Position numbers and translations under genes: made by a program
The notes under the pieces: model-generated
Database searches by the model: none
What the model saw: only the letters and a program-made list of their open reading frames with translations
What the model was told of the DNA's origin: nothing
Shown here: one piece after another, positions 41,901 through 53,050 of the stretch
How the letters are laid out: every line of letters starts with the position of its first letter
Position numbering within the stretch: position 1 is the first letter of the stretch
From: Lingula anatina
Lineage: Eukaryota > Animalia > Brachiopoda
Reading direction: 5' to 3'
NCBI GenBank assembly: GCA_051362555.1
Contig: CM120641.1
Location: 26,852,401-26,916,400 of the forward strand
DNA length: 64,000 nucleotides

Positions 41901-43878
41901 ATGTAAAAAAAAAAAACATTGTTTAACTAATTGGGATTTTATTGTATTAGGGAGACAAGGCAGTATTAGCTCAGAAGATAACATTCCATGTAAAAAAAAA
42001 AACTGTTTAACTAATTGAGATTTTATCATATTAGGGAGACAAGGCAGTATTAGCTCAGAAGATAACATTCCAACACGTGACATGGGCCTGCACTCTGGAG
42101 AGCCGCCCTTGGACAGCAGTCTACAGACTAAGTATGGCCAGAGACAGCCTGCATGGGAAGCATCAGACAGCCCACACAACTCTCCTAGAATCCACGAGAG
42201 AGATGAATCTCCAGGAAATGAAGAGATCACCCTGGAGCAGTTCTTGGAAGAAGCTAACAGAAATACCCCACCAACTTTGGTAAGGCAGAGATGCTCAACT
42301 GGTTCAGTTTATTTAGTTGCACCTGAAAAGGGCTGAAGGAAGCAAATTATTGATCTAAATACTCCATAATATCATTCGGAGCCAGTTTTAATAACAATGT
42401 CAGCCTTCATTTTATCCATTGATTCAGAACACTATGCAAACAATTAACTTCATCTAAGTCTTTGTCATCTTCCTCCATGAGGAGCCTATGACTTACAGTA
42501 TATTTCAAACTACAATTACTTTCTGCAACTTATTCAGTTTAAATTATGTTAATGAGGCATAGGCAGTATTTATTATAATGATAATGCACTAAAGGTTATT
42601 TTTGCAACTAAGGCTATTGTAGCCAAATGTCACACAACAACTTTTTTGGTTCATGGGACACTTGCTTGAATTGTTTGTTAAATTCATTTTCAGGGTTTGG
42701 AGGACACAAGAGGCAAAGACAATAAGAAAATGAACAATGACTATCAACAAGAACACGAGAAAGTCATAAACAGACCAACTCCATTACGACCAAGCCCTAG
42801 GGAAGATCCCTCAATGAAGAGATTCTCTAGCCATATGCCTGATTTACAACATGGTGGTCACAAAGTCCCGCTTAATATCTCCAAAAATTCTTTTGTCTCA
42901 ATGCCAAACTTAAACGATTCTGAGGATAGCCCAAGAGAAAATATGACTCCTAATAAATATGGAGAAAATAAGACATCAACTCCAACGGGGCCAAGTTATC
43001 CGAAGTATAGTACGCCATTTATTATCAGGTCATTTGCAGACAGGCAAAAGAATACAACAGACCATGAACCTAATACTTCAGTTGCTGTAAAAGACAGAGT
43101 CTCCCAGTATAACAAACTAGACCAAGGGTCCCCATCTAATTTCCCACAGAGGGGACGGACTGTTAGTGCAGAGAAACAGGCTGCGGAAAGATTAGATAGA
43201 CTGACAACTCAAACCTATGGGATGAATCTAAATGAAAATAACAGAGGATACAAGGATGACCTTTCTCTTTCAAGTAGTCAGAAATCTACGGAATATGAAG
43301 CTGATGTAGGTTCAAGAGGCAGAGGGTATCCCAATGGAGGTTCTGACACGAGGAGTTACTCTACCTCTAGCGATCAAAGTAATGACTCACGTGGCTATGT
43401 TGACTTTGGGAAAAGTGGGCCAGATGGCAGTAAATCAAATGTACCAGTGGCGCCACCACGTCGCCTTAGAGATGGAATGTCCCCTCGTAGGGAAAAACAA
43501 CGGGCACCGTCTCCACCCCGCCCTGCTAACTCTTCTGTGAAGAGAAGAGCTCCTTCTCCTCCTGTGAAACAACCAAGTGATATTTCGTCCCCAAGGCCCG
43601 AGTCAACACCTGGCACTCAAAGTGCCGCCAGTATGCTTGGGATCCGTACCCAACACTCACACATGCACCCACACGGTTGCAAAAGTGATTGCTATCTTAC
43701 GCCGTATGTTCGTATGACTGGGTTCAAATCTAACACAGATAATGACAGAAAAAACGGTAGTGAAACTACTTCCCCCAGGACTCCAACAACCAGTGCCAAC
43801 ACTGGACAGACACCCGGGAAAGATACAACTTCTCCTGAGGGGAAGAGTTCAGTGTGGTATGAATATGGATGTGTGTGA
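9538..43878 (+). CDS. CCDC88C: CCDC88 family (Girdin/Daple) HOOK-domain coiled-coil protein, about 2061 aa, with GBA motif and C-terminal WYEYGCV PDZ-binding motif
   Basis: Phase-consistent GT-AG exons: 9538-9582, 10304-10392, 14410-14521, 21492-21561, 22125-22267, 25462-25584, 25992-26152, 27167-27248, 27802-27873, 28079-28312, 30631-30769, 31060-31238, 31777-33081, 33506-33633, 33924-34013, 34345-34479, 34621-34705, 34949-35110, 35326-35934, 36343-36488, 37034-37123, 38803-38857, 39060-39219, 39427-39558, 39875-40015, 41533-41601, 42035-42279, 42694-43878 (sum 6186 nt). Motifs [77 protein letters not shown]. Probably the single invertebrate orthologue of CCDC88A/C. The exons between 39 and 42 kb are less certain. 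Confidence 0.93.
10546..10680 (+). repeat. 68-bp tandem duplication
   Basis: tggctgaagttatagatgg...tgtttttcact occurs at 10546 and 10614. Confidence 0.85.
14580..14740 (+). repeat. About 60-bp direct duplication
   Basis: gattttc(a/c)ttcagagggactt...gggg..ttattactt...catg(t/c)aaataa occurs twice, about 100 bp apart. Confidence 0.7.
14970..15260. mobile_element. MITE (Harbinger-like ends) with about 85-bp imperfect TIRs
   Basis: ggttgcgttcacaat...ctagcaggattgatctatctc... matches the reverse complement of ...gagatagatcgatcctgctag...attctgaacacagcc; flanks TTA/TGA. Confidence 0.75.
19975..20231. mobile_element. Degenerate palindromic MITE
   Basis: aagaccagaaggtggtctaaactt...gggataaaatg resembles the reverse complement of cactttatcttggg...aagaccaactttcgatctt. 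Confidence 0.45.
21745..21830. repeat. (TG)n microsatellite
   Basis: Visible TG run of about 85 bp. Confidence 0.95.
28469..29255 (+). repeat. 161-bp tandem repeat: four near-identical copies plus one diverged copy
   Basis: accgataacacgataagtggaaaacc starts at 28469, 28630, 28791 and 28952; diverged copy at 29113. Confidence 0.95.
29651..30368 (+). repeat. About 350-370 bp tandem duplication inside the HINE; first copy has an expanded poly-T
   Basis: acat(t/a)ttggcatt(a/t)tcaagg...aagttccatg at 29651 and 30021; poly-T at about 29936-29983. Confidence 0.85.
40935..41085. mobile_element. Short MITE with about 35-bp TIRs
   Basis: gttcacaaccagattaactttgactggaacagtc matches the reverse complement of gactttttctagtcaaacttagtctggttgtgaac. 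Confidence 0.7.
41822..42072 (+). repeat. Tandem triplication (about 85 bp) of an intron-exon junction of CCDC88
   Basis: ccatgtaaa..tttaactaattg..ttag|ggagacaaggcagtattagctcagaagataacattcca occurs three times; acceptors end at 41863, 41950 and 42034. Confidence 0.95.
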
Positions 43879-46800
43879 GTTGTGATCTTTCTAGCGGAAT
43901 AGTTAAAAACTGAGTGGATTTCTTTGAAATTTTATCAGACCCTTGTGAGTTGACATACATACTGTATATGTGTGTGTGTGTGTCACATGATGTTTCAACG
44001 TTGTGTATTTATTTAGTCTTTCATGTGCTCAATTTCTAAATAGACCAATGTATGGTAAAATCTCTAAGTTGATCATGTTTATTATTGCTGTATATTAGAT
44101 CGTTCAGCATCTTAAACAGAACTGATGTTTGTCATTTTGCTTTTGCTTTGAACATAACAGCATTTGTGATAGTGTTAGTTTGGGCAAAGTACTTTGTTAG
44201 AATTAGTAGGTCAGACCTTGTCACAATTCAGTAGGTCACCTTATATAGTTCATACCAATCTAAAATGAGTATGAAATACAAGCTGCCAAAAGCTATTTAT
44301 ACAGGCCTTTTTACATAAGAATGTTTTAGTCAGACAAATAAGGGAACAAGTGTTTAGACGGATAAGAAAGAATTTCTGTTACGGTTATAATTGAAGGTTT
44401 GTGCAGTGTATTTATTACTAATATAAACATCGATTTTATTTGAAAGTGTAAATATTGTTTTAATATATTTTAAACAATGCATTTGAGTACAACATAATTA
44501 ACATTACCTTCTGTAAGCATTTATGGGTTGATTTTGCTTTGTGAAATGCCAGCACAAAAGATAGAAGTATTATCTTGTTTATTGATTGCAAGCTTTGTTT
44601 ATATTTTTTGTTGTGATCTCACTCCAATGCTGCCATCTTGTGTTAACTGACATATATAAAATCAGTTTTAGAAGTTTGCATTTCTGTTTCCATAAATTAA
44701 ATGTAAAGACCATTAGCAATTAAGGGGATAAAAGGATTCCCATTATATCAGTGTTTTTGTAGATATTCCAATCTGCATTTTCTGAACTAAAGAGCTGATG
44801 GCGGTTTTTCTCTGCACAGATTTATTAATAATCTCAGTGCATTAGACAACATTTGTATACATATTGTCCACTTTTGTGCAAACATTAAAATGTATACTTT
44901 TATTGAATGATCTAATGTTGTTTTTATCATTGACGAGGCTGTACTTTATAGTACGATGTACCACGACATGGATTTTCGTTAAGTGACCAGTTCTCGTTCT
45001 ACGCTGTATCGATAAAAGGATAAAACGAACCTGGTCCATTACGGTGGTCCACACTCAATATAACAGCCTTCTTGTGTTGTTACTGATGATGCTATCAAAA
45101 TAACTCTTGGATACATCGCTTTGGATTTAAACTTCATGTATACTTGGGAGTAGACCAGGTGATTTCCATCTAAGACAGTTTAGTATTTATTTCTCTTCTT
45201 GGTAGAAAATGAAAAAAAAATCGTGTGGCGGTGGGTGCACGTGAAATGACCAGTAAAGGCTCACCACGATTCCCATCATAAATTGAATATTATTTTCCAC
45301 AGGCTTACTTCTTTAACACATTCGCAAATGCAACACAAGATCACGCTCTTCCTTTCAAGTACGCAGATGGGCGATCACTGGTCTGGTTGAGATTTTCTTT
45401 TTGAAATTAATTTTATTTTCAGAATTAAATCTGGATTTTATTTCAAAAGAAATCTTAAGATTACCCACCCTATACGTCAATTTATATCGGTGCAACATGC
45501 TTCGTCTGCTTACATGTGCTGTACAAGCAAACTGATGATTGGTAGCCTAGGTATTGAAGGGGAAAACCTTAACACGTACATGTCAAATGAAATTGTGCGC
45601 TTTTGTGTAGAAAATTTTATGGGAGAAACCCGAAACAACCCAATTTAGATACCTTGATCTTTTAGGCAAAAGAGAAGGGGGAGCTGAGGGACCCTGTCAA
45701 CTTAAAAGTATGTATCTAAAAAAGCCATTGAAATATTACTTTGTGCGAGACCCCAGTTAAAATTACATACCATGGGTTTGAAAATCCCCAAAATGCTTAT
45801 TTTTGCCACCCACAGCTTCTTACAAAACCTTACATACACCTTAAAATGATTTAACCCCTTAAATATATATATTTTTGGAGCGTGCCTGATGTTGACATTT
45901 CCATTGGAGCTTATAGGGAAATGCTCGCTGTTATAACGGCTGGCCAGTCATTTTAAGATAATATCAACCTTTATAAATTTTATCAAAGATCGAATCCAAG
46001 TGCAGAGGAGGGGGAGATACAAAAAGGATTGGTGAGTACGATGAAGTTGCTTATTTTCCCGGGAAATCCATTTTGGCGAGTAAATCTCATGGAGTGTACC
46101 TTTAATCTATCCAAATACGTAATTTTTGTTGTTGAAAACTCCCACCCGTTTAGATTTGCCAGCGATAGGGCCATGCGGACTAGAAATGTTTGGTGTCAAA
46201 ATGGAATTTGGTCCACCAAAATAGATAATGTTTTCAGAGAATAAAAGTTACAAACGAAATTCAATTGGTATTTTTCCAGGAAATAAGGTCAGGAACACAT
46301 TCAAAAACGATCTTTAGGCATAACCTCCAAACACTGTTCAGTCCACCAAATTTGTATCCATGAACGTTCTTAATATGTTAAAAATGTCACGCACGATGCC
46401 TGAGGAATGTGATACTAGATTACTTTTTTCAAAATCTGCCAGTTTATTTTTAGGTATATCATAAAGATTAAATTATCTGGGAATGAAGGTGCAATGCTCA
46501 TATGAAAATAATTTTTCATCTTTTAACGAATTAGGATTCAGTCATTCTCAATATATATATAGGTTCATTTGAAAAAAAAAACCGAATAATGGGAATGAAT
46601 TCGAAGTTAAAGATATATTCGCAAATACTACTTATTCTTTATCTCTGGTGCTAGAAATGATGAATCTAGCTTATTGTGTTACCCATAAAAAAAGTATCGG
46701 AAGTTTAAAAAAATAAGCCTTTTGGATAATATTTGCACGTTATTAATACTAACAAAAATTAGACTGCGCTAAAGGGGTATTACGAAATGCGCGTTTATTT

Positions 46801-47975
46801 TACTTACACATTTTGTCTTCCACCTCAAGTATATTTTTTACAATGCCTGTTAACCTAGGTTTTGTAAATTTCTTTCCATGAGAGTGCACTTTTCCTGTGT
46901 TTAGTTTTAGTCCGCTTCCTTCATCTTTTTTTTTTTTATTTTATTTCATTTTATTTATAATTTTTGTGTGTGTGTATCCAGGGGCGGATACAGAATTATT
47001 TAAAGGGCGATTTTTCAGGAAGGACATAATGAGGAATTTACCTATTAGCATGTAAGCTCTAGTGTTTGACAACTTAGATTGTGTGATCGCCAGGGAGATG
47101 TGAAAGAAGGCCAGTAACCACTCAGACTTATAACAATGTTAAAACGAATATTAAAAAGTGCAGTTTTCAACTAATGTTTAAGGGGATAAAGTAAACGTAT
47201 AAATGAGAAATATTTAATTTCAATTTTATCTTATTGTCTTATTCATTGTTTTCTTTTTTTCCTCCCTCTACTCATGCTACTGGCATCAGAGTACTGATAA
47301 CCCGAAGCCATGAATGGAGGCGTCCGTTGTTAATTATTACCTATATCAGTACACCTTTTATATGCAAAAGATATTCATTTGTTTCTGCTGCCTGTTATAA
47401 GTTAATCTAGGTTTCTCGTGTGACCTACCGCTGCTTTCTTTCGTTTCGTAAAATAACAATAACTTGTTTTTCATTTCTCAGAATAACAACTCAGTTGATT
47501 ACAAAATATGTTTTAGAGTACTGAGGTGGCTGTATATGCTAAGTCCAGTGTACTTTCAATTGACTCACTACAATTCTCTACAATCAAAACAATAGTGCTC
47601 CCTCAGGCTACCTCGAAAATGCAGTCACCCTATTACATTATCCACATTTTGGATCAGTGTTCGAATACACGCGTTCTATAGTGGCCTGAGAGAAATTCAG
47701 TTTAACGGACATCGGGCCTATCATACTTTTGGGGAGAAGGTATGTTGCTCAGAAATTGTCATCAAATTTGCCTGTACATTTCGAAGTCACTGCTTAGTAC
47801 TTATTACTCTAAATATAAGACAAAATGAAAAACAGAATACTCAAAATAAATAATAGTTAACAAAATGTGTATGTTAAAAACATATTATAATCAATTATGG
47901 GCATCACTATCAAACGCCACCCCCTATGAACATGTTGACCAGGAACGCCACCATGTGACCTGATATCACAGAAGG

Positions 47976-48010
47976 TATAAAAGCGCGAAATTTTGAAATT
48001 TCGTTCATTC
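47976..48010 (+). promoter_or_regulatory. TATA box plus initiator core promoter
   Basis: TATAAAAG at 47976 and TCATTC at 48005, with its A 31 nt downstream of the TATA T (canonical spacing); CpG-rich context. Confidence 0.6.
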
Positions 48011-48397
48011 AACGCACACAGATCTGGAGCAACAAGAAGGATGCCATGTACTGCGCCCTGTAACAAGATAAAAGGACACAGGAGTGGACTCGCATTTCTT
48101 CGAATCTTTCCTTCGTCCCAAGTCAACGCATCGCTCATCGACATTTTGTTTCTTGCACACGCAGTCGTCTGGACAGTGGATTCGACGTTTCTCTAAGCTG
48201 GCCAGCTTAAAAACCTTCGCTTCTTTTCACGAGGAATCGTCGCTCAGGAATCTTCGCAGGATACGTCATCGGCTTTATGCTGTTGTAGGCTATATTCTTG
48301 TAGTGTCATTGCATATATTTCTATGCATTCCAGGTTTCTTTTTATTAAATACATAGGTAGAAAAATTTACTAAATCCGTTATTCTTTCTTTTAACAG

Positions 48398-50877
48398 AAC
48401 TCGATTATGGCGATGCACGATAGAGCTCCCAGCTGCAAGGAGAAGAGGGCCACATCTACACTTCAGCTACTTCGATCAATCCTTGGTGCCAGCGAGTCCG
48501 GCCAGGGTCTGTCTACGAGGTGGCTGCATTGCGAGAGTGTTCAAGGCATGTGGTGTTCCACTGAGATGGAAAACCCATAAAGGTAAGCCCGACTGCTGAG
48601 TGCTGACATAGGTTGAAAAAGTCATTAATCCGTTTTTCTTTCTGTTTACAGACCTCCATTATGACGATTCTCGATAGAGCTCCCACTGACAACTGCAAGG
48701 GGAAGAGGGCCATATCTACGCTTCAGCTACGTCGATCAATCCTTGGTGCCAGCGAGTCCTGCCATGGTCTGTCTACGAGGTGGCTGCATTGTGGGAGCGT
48801 TCAAGGCATGTGGTGACTGAGATGGAAAACCTTTAAAGGTAAGCTTGACTGCAGAGTGCTGACATAGGTAGGAAAAGTCATTAATCCGTTTTTCTTTCTG
48901 TTTACAGAACTCGATTATGGCGATTCTCGATAGAGCTCCCACTGCCAACTGCAAGGAGAAGAGGGCCACATCTACACTTCAGCTACGTCGATCAATCCTT
49001 GGTGCCAGCGAGTCCTGCCATGGTCTAAGAGGTGGCTGCATTGTGGGAGCGTTCAAGGCATGTGGTGTTCCACTGAGATGGAAAACCCATAAAGGTAAGC
49101 CCGACTGCTGAGTGCTGACATAGGTTGAAAAGGTCATTAATCTGTTTTTCTTTCTGTTTACAGACCTCCATTATGACGATTCTCGATAGAGCTCCCACTG
49201 ACAACTGCAAGGGGAAGAGGGCCACATCTACGCTTCAGCTACGTCGATCAATCCTTGGTGCCAGCGAGTCCTGTCATGGTCTGTCTACGAGGTGGCTGCA
49301 TTGGGGAAGCGTCCAGCGAGTCCTGCCATGGCCTGTCTACGAGTCGGCTGCATTGGGAAAGCGTCCAGCGAGTCCTGCCATGGTCTGTCTACGAGGTGGC
49401 TGCATTGCGAGAGCGTTCAAGGCATGTGGTGTTTCACTGAGATGGAAAACCCTTAAAGGTAAGCCCGAGTGCTGAGTGCTGACATAGGTTGAAAAAGTCA
49501 TTAATCCGTTTTTCTTTCTGTTTACAGAACTCGATTATGGCGATTCTCGATAGAGCTCCCACTGCCAACTGCAAGGAGAAGAGGGCCACATCTACACTTC
49601 AGCTACGTCGATCAATCCTTGGTGCCAGCGAGTCCTGTCATGGTCTGTCTACGAGGTGGCTGCATTGGGGAAGCGTCCAGCGAGTCCTGCCATGGCCTGT
49701 CTACGAGTCGGCTGCATTGGGAAAGCGTCCAGCGAGTCCTGCCATGGCCTGTCTACGAGTCGGCTGCATTGGGAAAGCGTCCAGCGAGTCCTGCCATGGT
49801 CCGTCTACGAGTCGGCTGCATCGGGGAAGCGTCCAATGCATATGGTGTTTTACTGAGATGGAAAACCCTGAAAGGTAAGCCGGGTGATTGGGAGAGAAAT
49901 GGACTAAAAAGGTTTTTTTGAGTTGCAGTCTTTGCCATAAACTTTTCATCTTACTAGCCATTCGGACCTAAACTTTCCCCTAAACTACTGGTCTGAGTCG
50001 GGATTCACTGGTCCGAATACAAATTTTAATAAAACTGGACTGGATTGCACTTTTTAACAAGACCTTGACATTTTTAGAATTATGATGTAACATTTACATT
50101 AAAAATTTAATTACATCAAAAGTTATTTTGAAAACTTAAAAAATCTTATGGTCAAATGACCAATTTAAACATTCTGACAGATCTACTTGTCCGAACTATA
50201 ATTAGTGTCAGTCATTGATTACACATAAAATAATAGACATATTGAAACAGCAAAGGGTTGGTAATTCAATAAACGGTCTTAATAATAATTGGAAAAAGTT
50301 ACCATTTTAGAGAATAAAAGAAAAGGAGTTGAGACCCTGGAAAATTGCAACGTGAAAATTAAGCGACTGCCTGGACAGCAAGAAGTGCAGTGACCTGATA
50401 GTGCTGGGTTTGCCTTGGAAAAGCACAGAAGATGACTTGAAGGCTAACTTCTAACAGTTTGAAGTCATCGTGGCACAGGTACTCTTTGCTACTCGTTAAA
50501 ATCACTGATATGGGTTTCATGAAAGTTCCTTTGAGGTTAGTCTTTAATTCTAAACCAAAAGGATTAAAATGGAGCAGTCATGAGTCGTTACTTGTAACAA
50601 ATGATTGCAATTTAGATCTTCTAATAAAACTAACAACTATTTAAATTGAACTGCTTATGACGCAGACTGCTTTAACTACACGATTTATGGGAATTAAACA
50701 AACTAATGCTATTTTTCCTTTCTGTTTACAGAATTCGATTATGGCAAATCCAGATAGAGCTCCCACTTTTCGTAAGAAGATTCCAGCCATGGTCTGTTTA
50801 CAAGGTGGCTGCATGGGGGAACATCGGAAGCATATGGTGTTCCTCGGAAATGGAAACTTCCATGGAAGCCGTAAAAG
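48398..50877 (+). repeat. Array of tandemly duplicated exon+intron modules (about 256-bp unit) with an internal 52-bp subrepeat
   Basis: Exon-like units 48398-48582, 48652-48838, 48908-49094, 49164-49458, 49528-49874 and a diverged 50732-50877, each bounded by a pyrimidine-rich ...acag acceptor and an AAAG|gtaa donor; 69-nt spacers between the first five. Confidence 0.85.
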
Positions 50878-53050
50878 GTAACTCATGTTATTGCAGAGAA
50901 TAATACACTAAAGTCATTTTACCTTACAAAATTCTTGAGATAAAGCCCTTAGCCACATTAATTATACAGCTCACTTCCACTTCTGGAAAAAAAATTAAGG
51001 TTAATGGGTTGGGTAGGGAGTAGAGGTAAATAGGGAAACTAATGTCTTCTAAATTTCTGTTTTGAAGTTGAGGCAGATAGCATTGGTGAGCGCCTGGCCT
51101 GATGATGGTCCATTTTCATAAGTTTAAAATGGAGAAAGCGATATCAGCATTTGGAATTTCAAGTCCTTGCCTAGTTGTTATATCATTGGAATTTAGGACC
51201 CTTTAATGTAAGTTATAGGCCAGGGTAGAGAGTAAAAAATGATCTTAATCGTCATTTATTCTATAGATATTGCATATCTTTTGTCAATACAAATTCAACA
51301 AACTGGGCATTTTGTGCAACGCCTTAGACAAAATTGTCTTAAATTAGACCGTTTTGAAACAGTTGTCTAAATGTAGACATTTTTGTTTTCTATTTACAAC
51401 ATACTCAAGAAAATTCATATAGCAGACGTTTTAAAATCCAAAAGCCCTTTCAATTTGTCACAAACTTGCAAAAAAAAAAAAAAACATGAAAAAAACTCAT
51501 TTTAGTGGTCAAAAGCTTTTAATTTGTCACAATTTTGCAAAAGAAAATCACTCGAGCAAAATATTTTGACATCCTATCGGCCAACTTTCAGATCTTCATC
51601 AGTTTCAATGTGGTACACGTGGCGTTGTCACTGGTCTAGAATACCAGAAGCTACTACCCCCAGCCTCGCCCTTGTGGTACTTAGAGACAATCGTATAGGT
51701 GAGCATGTATTTTCATCTGTTTATGTTGTTCAGATTGTTAGGGGTTTTCGCGTTTCATATTCCTTCCTTTATCCCTCTTATTTACTAGTCACTTTCTTTT
51801 TGTAGAATATTAGCACTCGCCTAAATCAGAATGTTGTTTTGTGTTGTGTTATAGAAATAAAATAAAATAAAATAACCGTGTTTTAAAAGAACCAAAGCAT
51901 TATGGAACATCAAAATACTACAGATAACGATGTGTAAATACCAGTGACATAAATGTTTTTGTTGCAATTACTGCAAGCTCTCAATTACTTTTCATGCCTT
52001 TGTGTGAACATTACATTTCATTTGTAGGCTACGATAGGGCAATTTTCCAGAAATAATGCCCGAACGCAGATACCATCAAGCCTAGCCAAAATGTCCAAGA
52101 TGTGAAACACTAAATGGCGCGAGCAACACCGAGCCCATGTAACCACTTTCATTGATGATTGAACGCCCTAGCAGTCTTAGTTTTTAAGGACACGGCCTGT
52201 CTGCAAAAAAAATTTAGAGAATGTGGAATGGTAATGACGAGCAATATACTGAATGTTATCTAATAATGTACTGAAGTATTTTATATAGAGAGTTTTTGAG
52301 CTTCATGGATCACAGATATGAGTCGGGTGTAATTGTATTTAGTAAGTTTTATTTTTTTCACTTATGACAGTGAAACATTTTATTCCAATAGCTTAAGAGA
52401 AAACTGAAGTTCAGTATGATCATTCATAATTCCATAAATGTTCAATTGAATAAGATGAATTGTGGTTCTTTGGTTAAGTCTGCCTCTACAGTTATTATTA
52501 AAATTTAAAATAGAATATCCAGTTGCTTTAACCACATTCTAAATGCAGCTATGTTTTCGCTCGCAAAACATTGGTATTACCACCACTTATGGTCATCTGT
52601 GCTTTATTTCAATCTAAGTGATGTAGTTATTTTTCAAATTTGTGCTTTTGATGATGTGGAGTTATTCGTCAGTATAGCGTTTGAGAAGATCATAATCCGC
52701 ACACTTACCTCAACTAAACCTCACGTCTTTGTAAAATCTGACTTGATGTAAATGATTTTACATGAAGAGGTTTTACATTGATAGCTTGTGCAAAATATAT
52801 AATGAAATATTTTACGTTTGAGAAAATATTTCATTATATTTTTGTACACAGTCTGCTCCTCGTGAGGGATGGCTGGGTGCACACGGTCATCTCTCAAGAT
52901 TGAGGATCGCACATTACTTATATTACTAATATTGCGATTTTCTCAAGTGTTATAGTTGACAAATATATCCAATTCATCATATATGCACCTTTTTTTCTCC
53001 AGACCCAAAAATTCATATTGAAATTTGCATGGACGGTCATACAGTGTTAT

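Noticed and set aside
41817-42230. Minus-strand 137-aa ORF with a triple repeat
   Set aside because: Antisense consequence of the junction triplication.
45600-46600. Transposon-like intergenic stretch
   Set aside because: I could not identify termini, TSDs or a coding motif.
48398-49874. Repeat modules as a selenoprotein, ribozyme or mirtron array
   Set aside because: Stops include TAG/TAA, and I saw no SECIS, hammerhead core or long hairpin in the 69-nt spacers.
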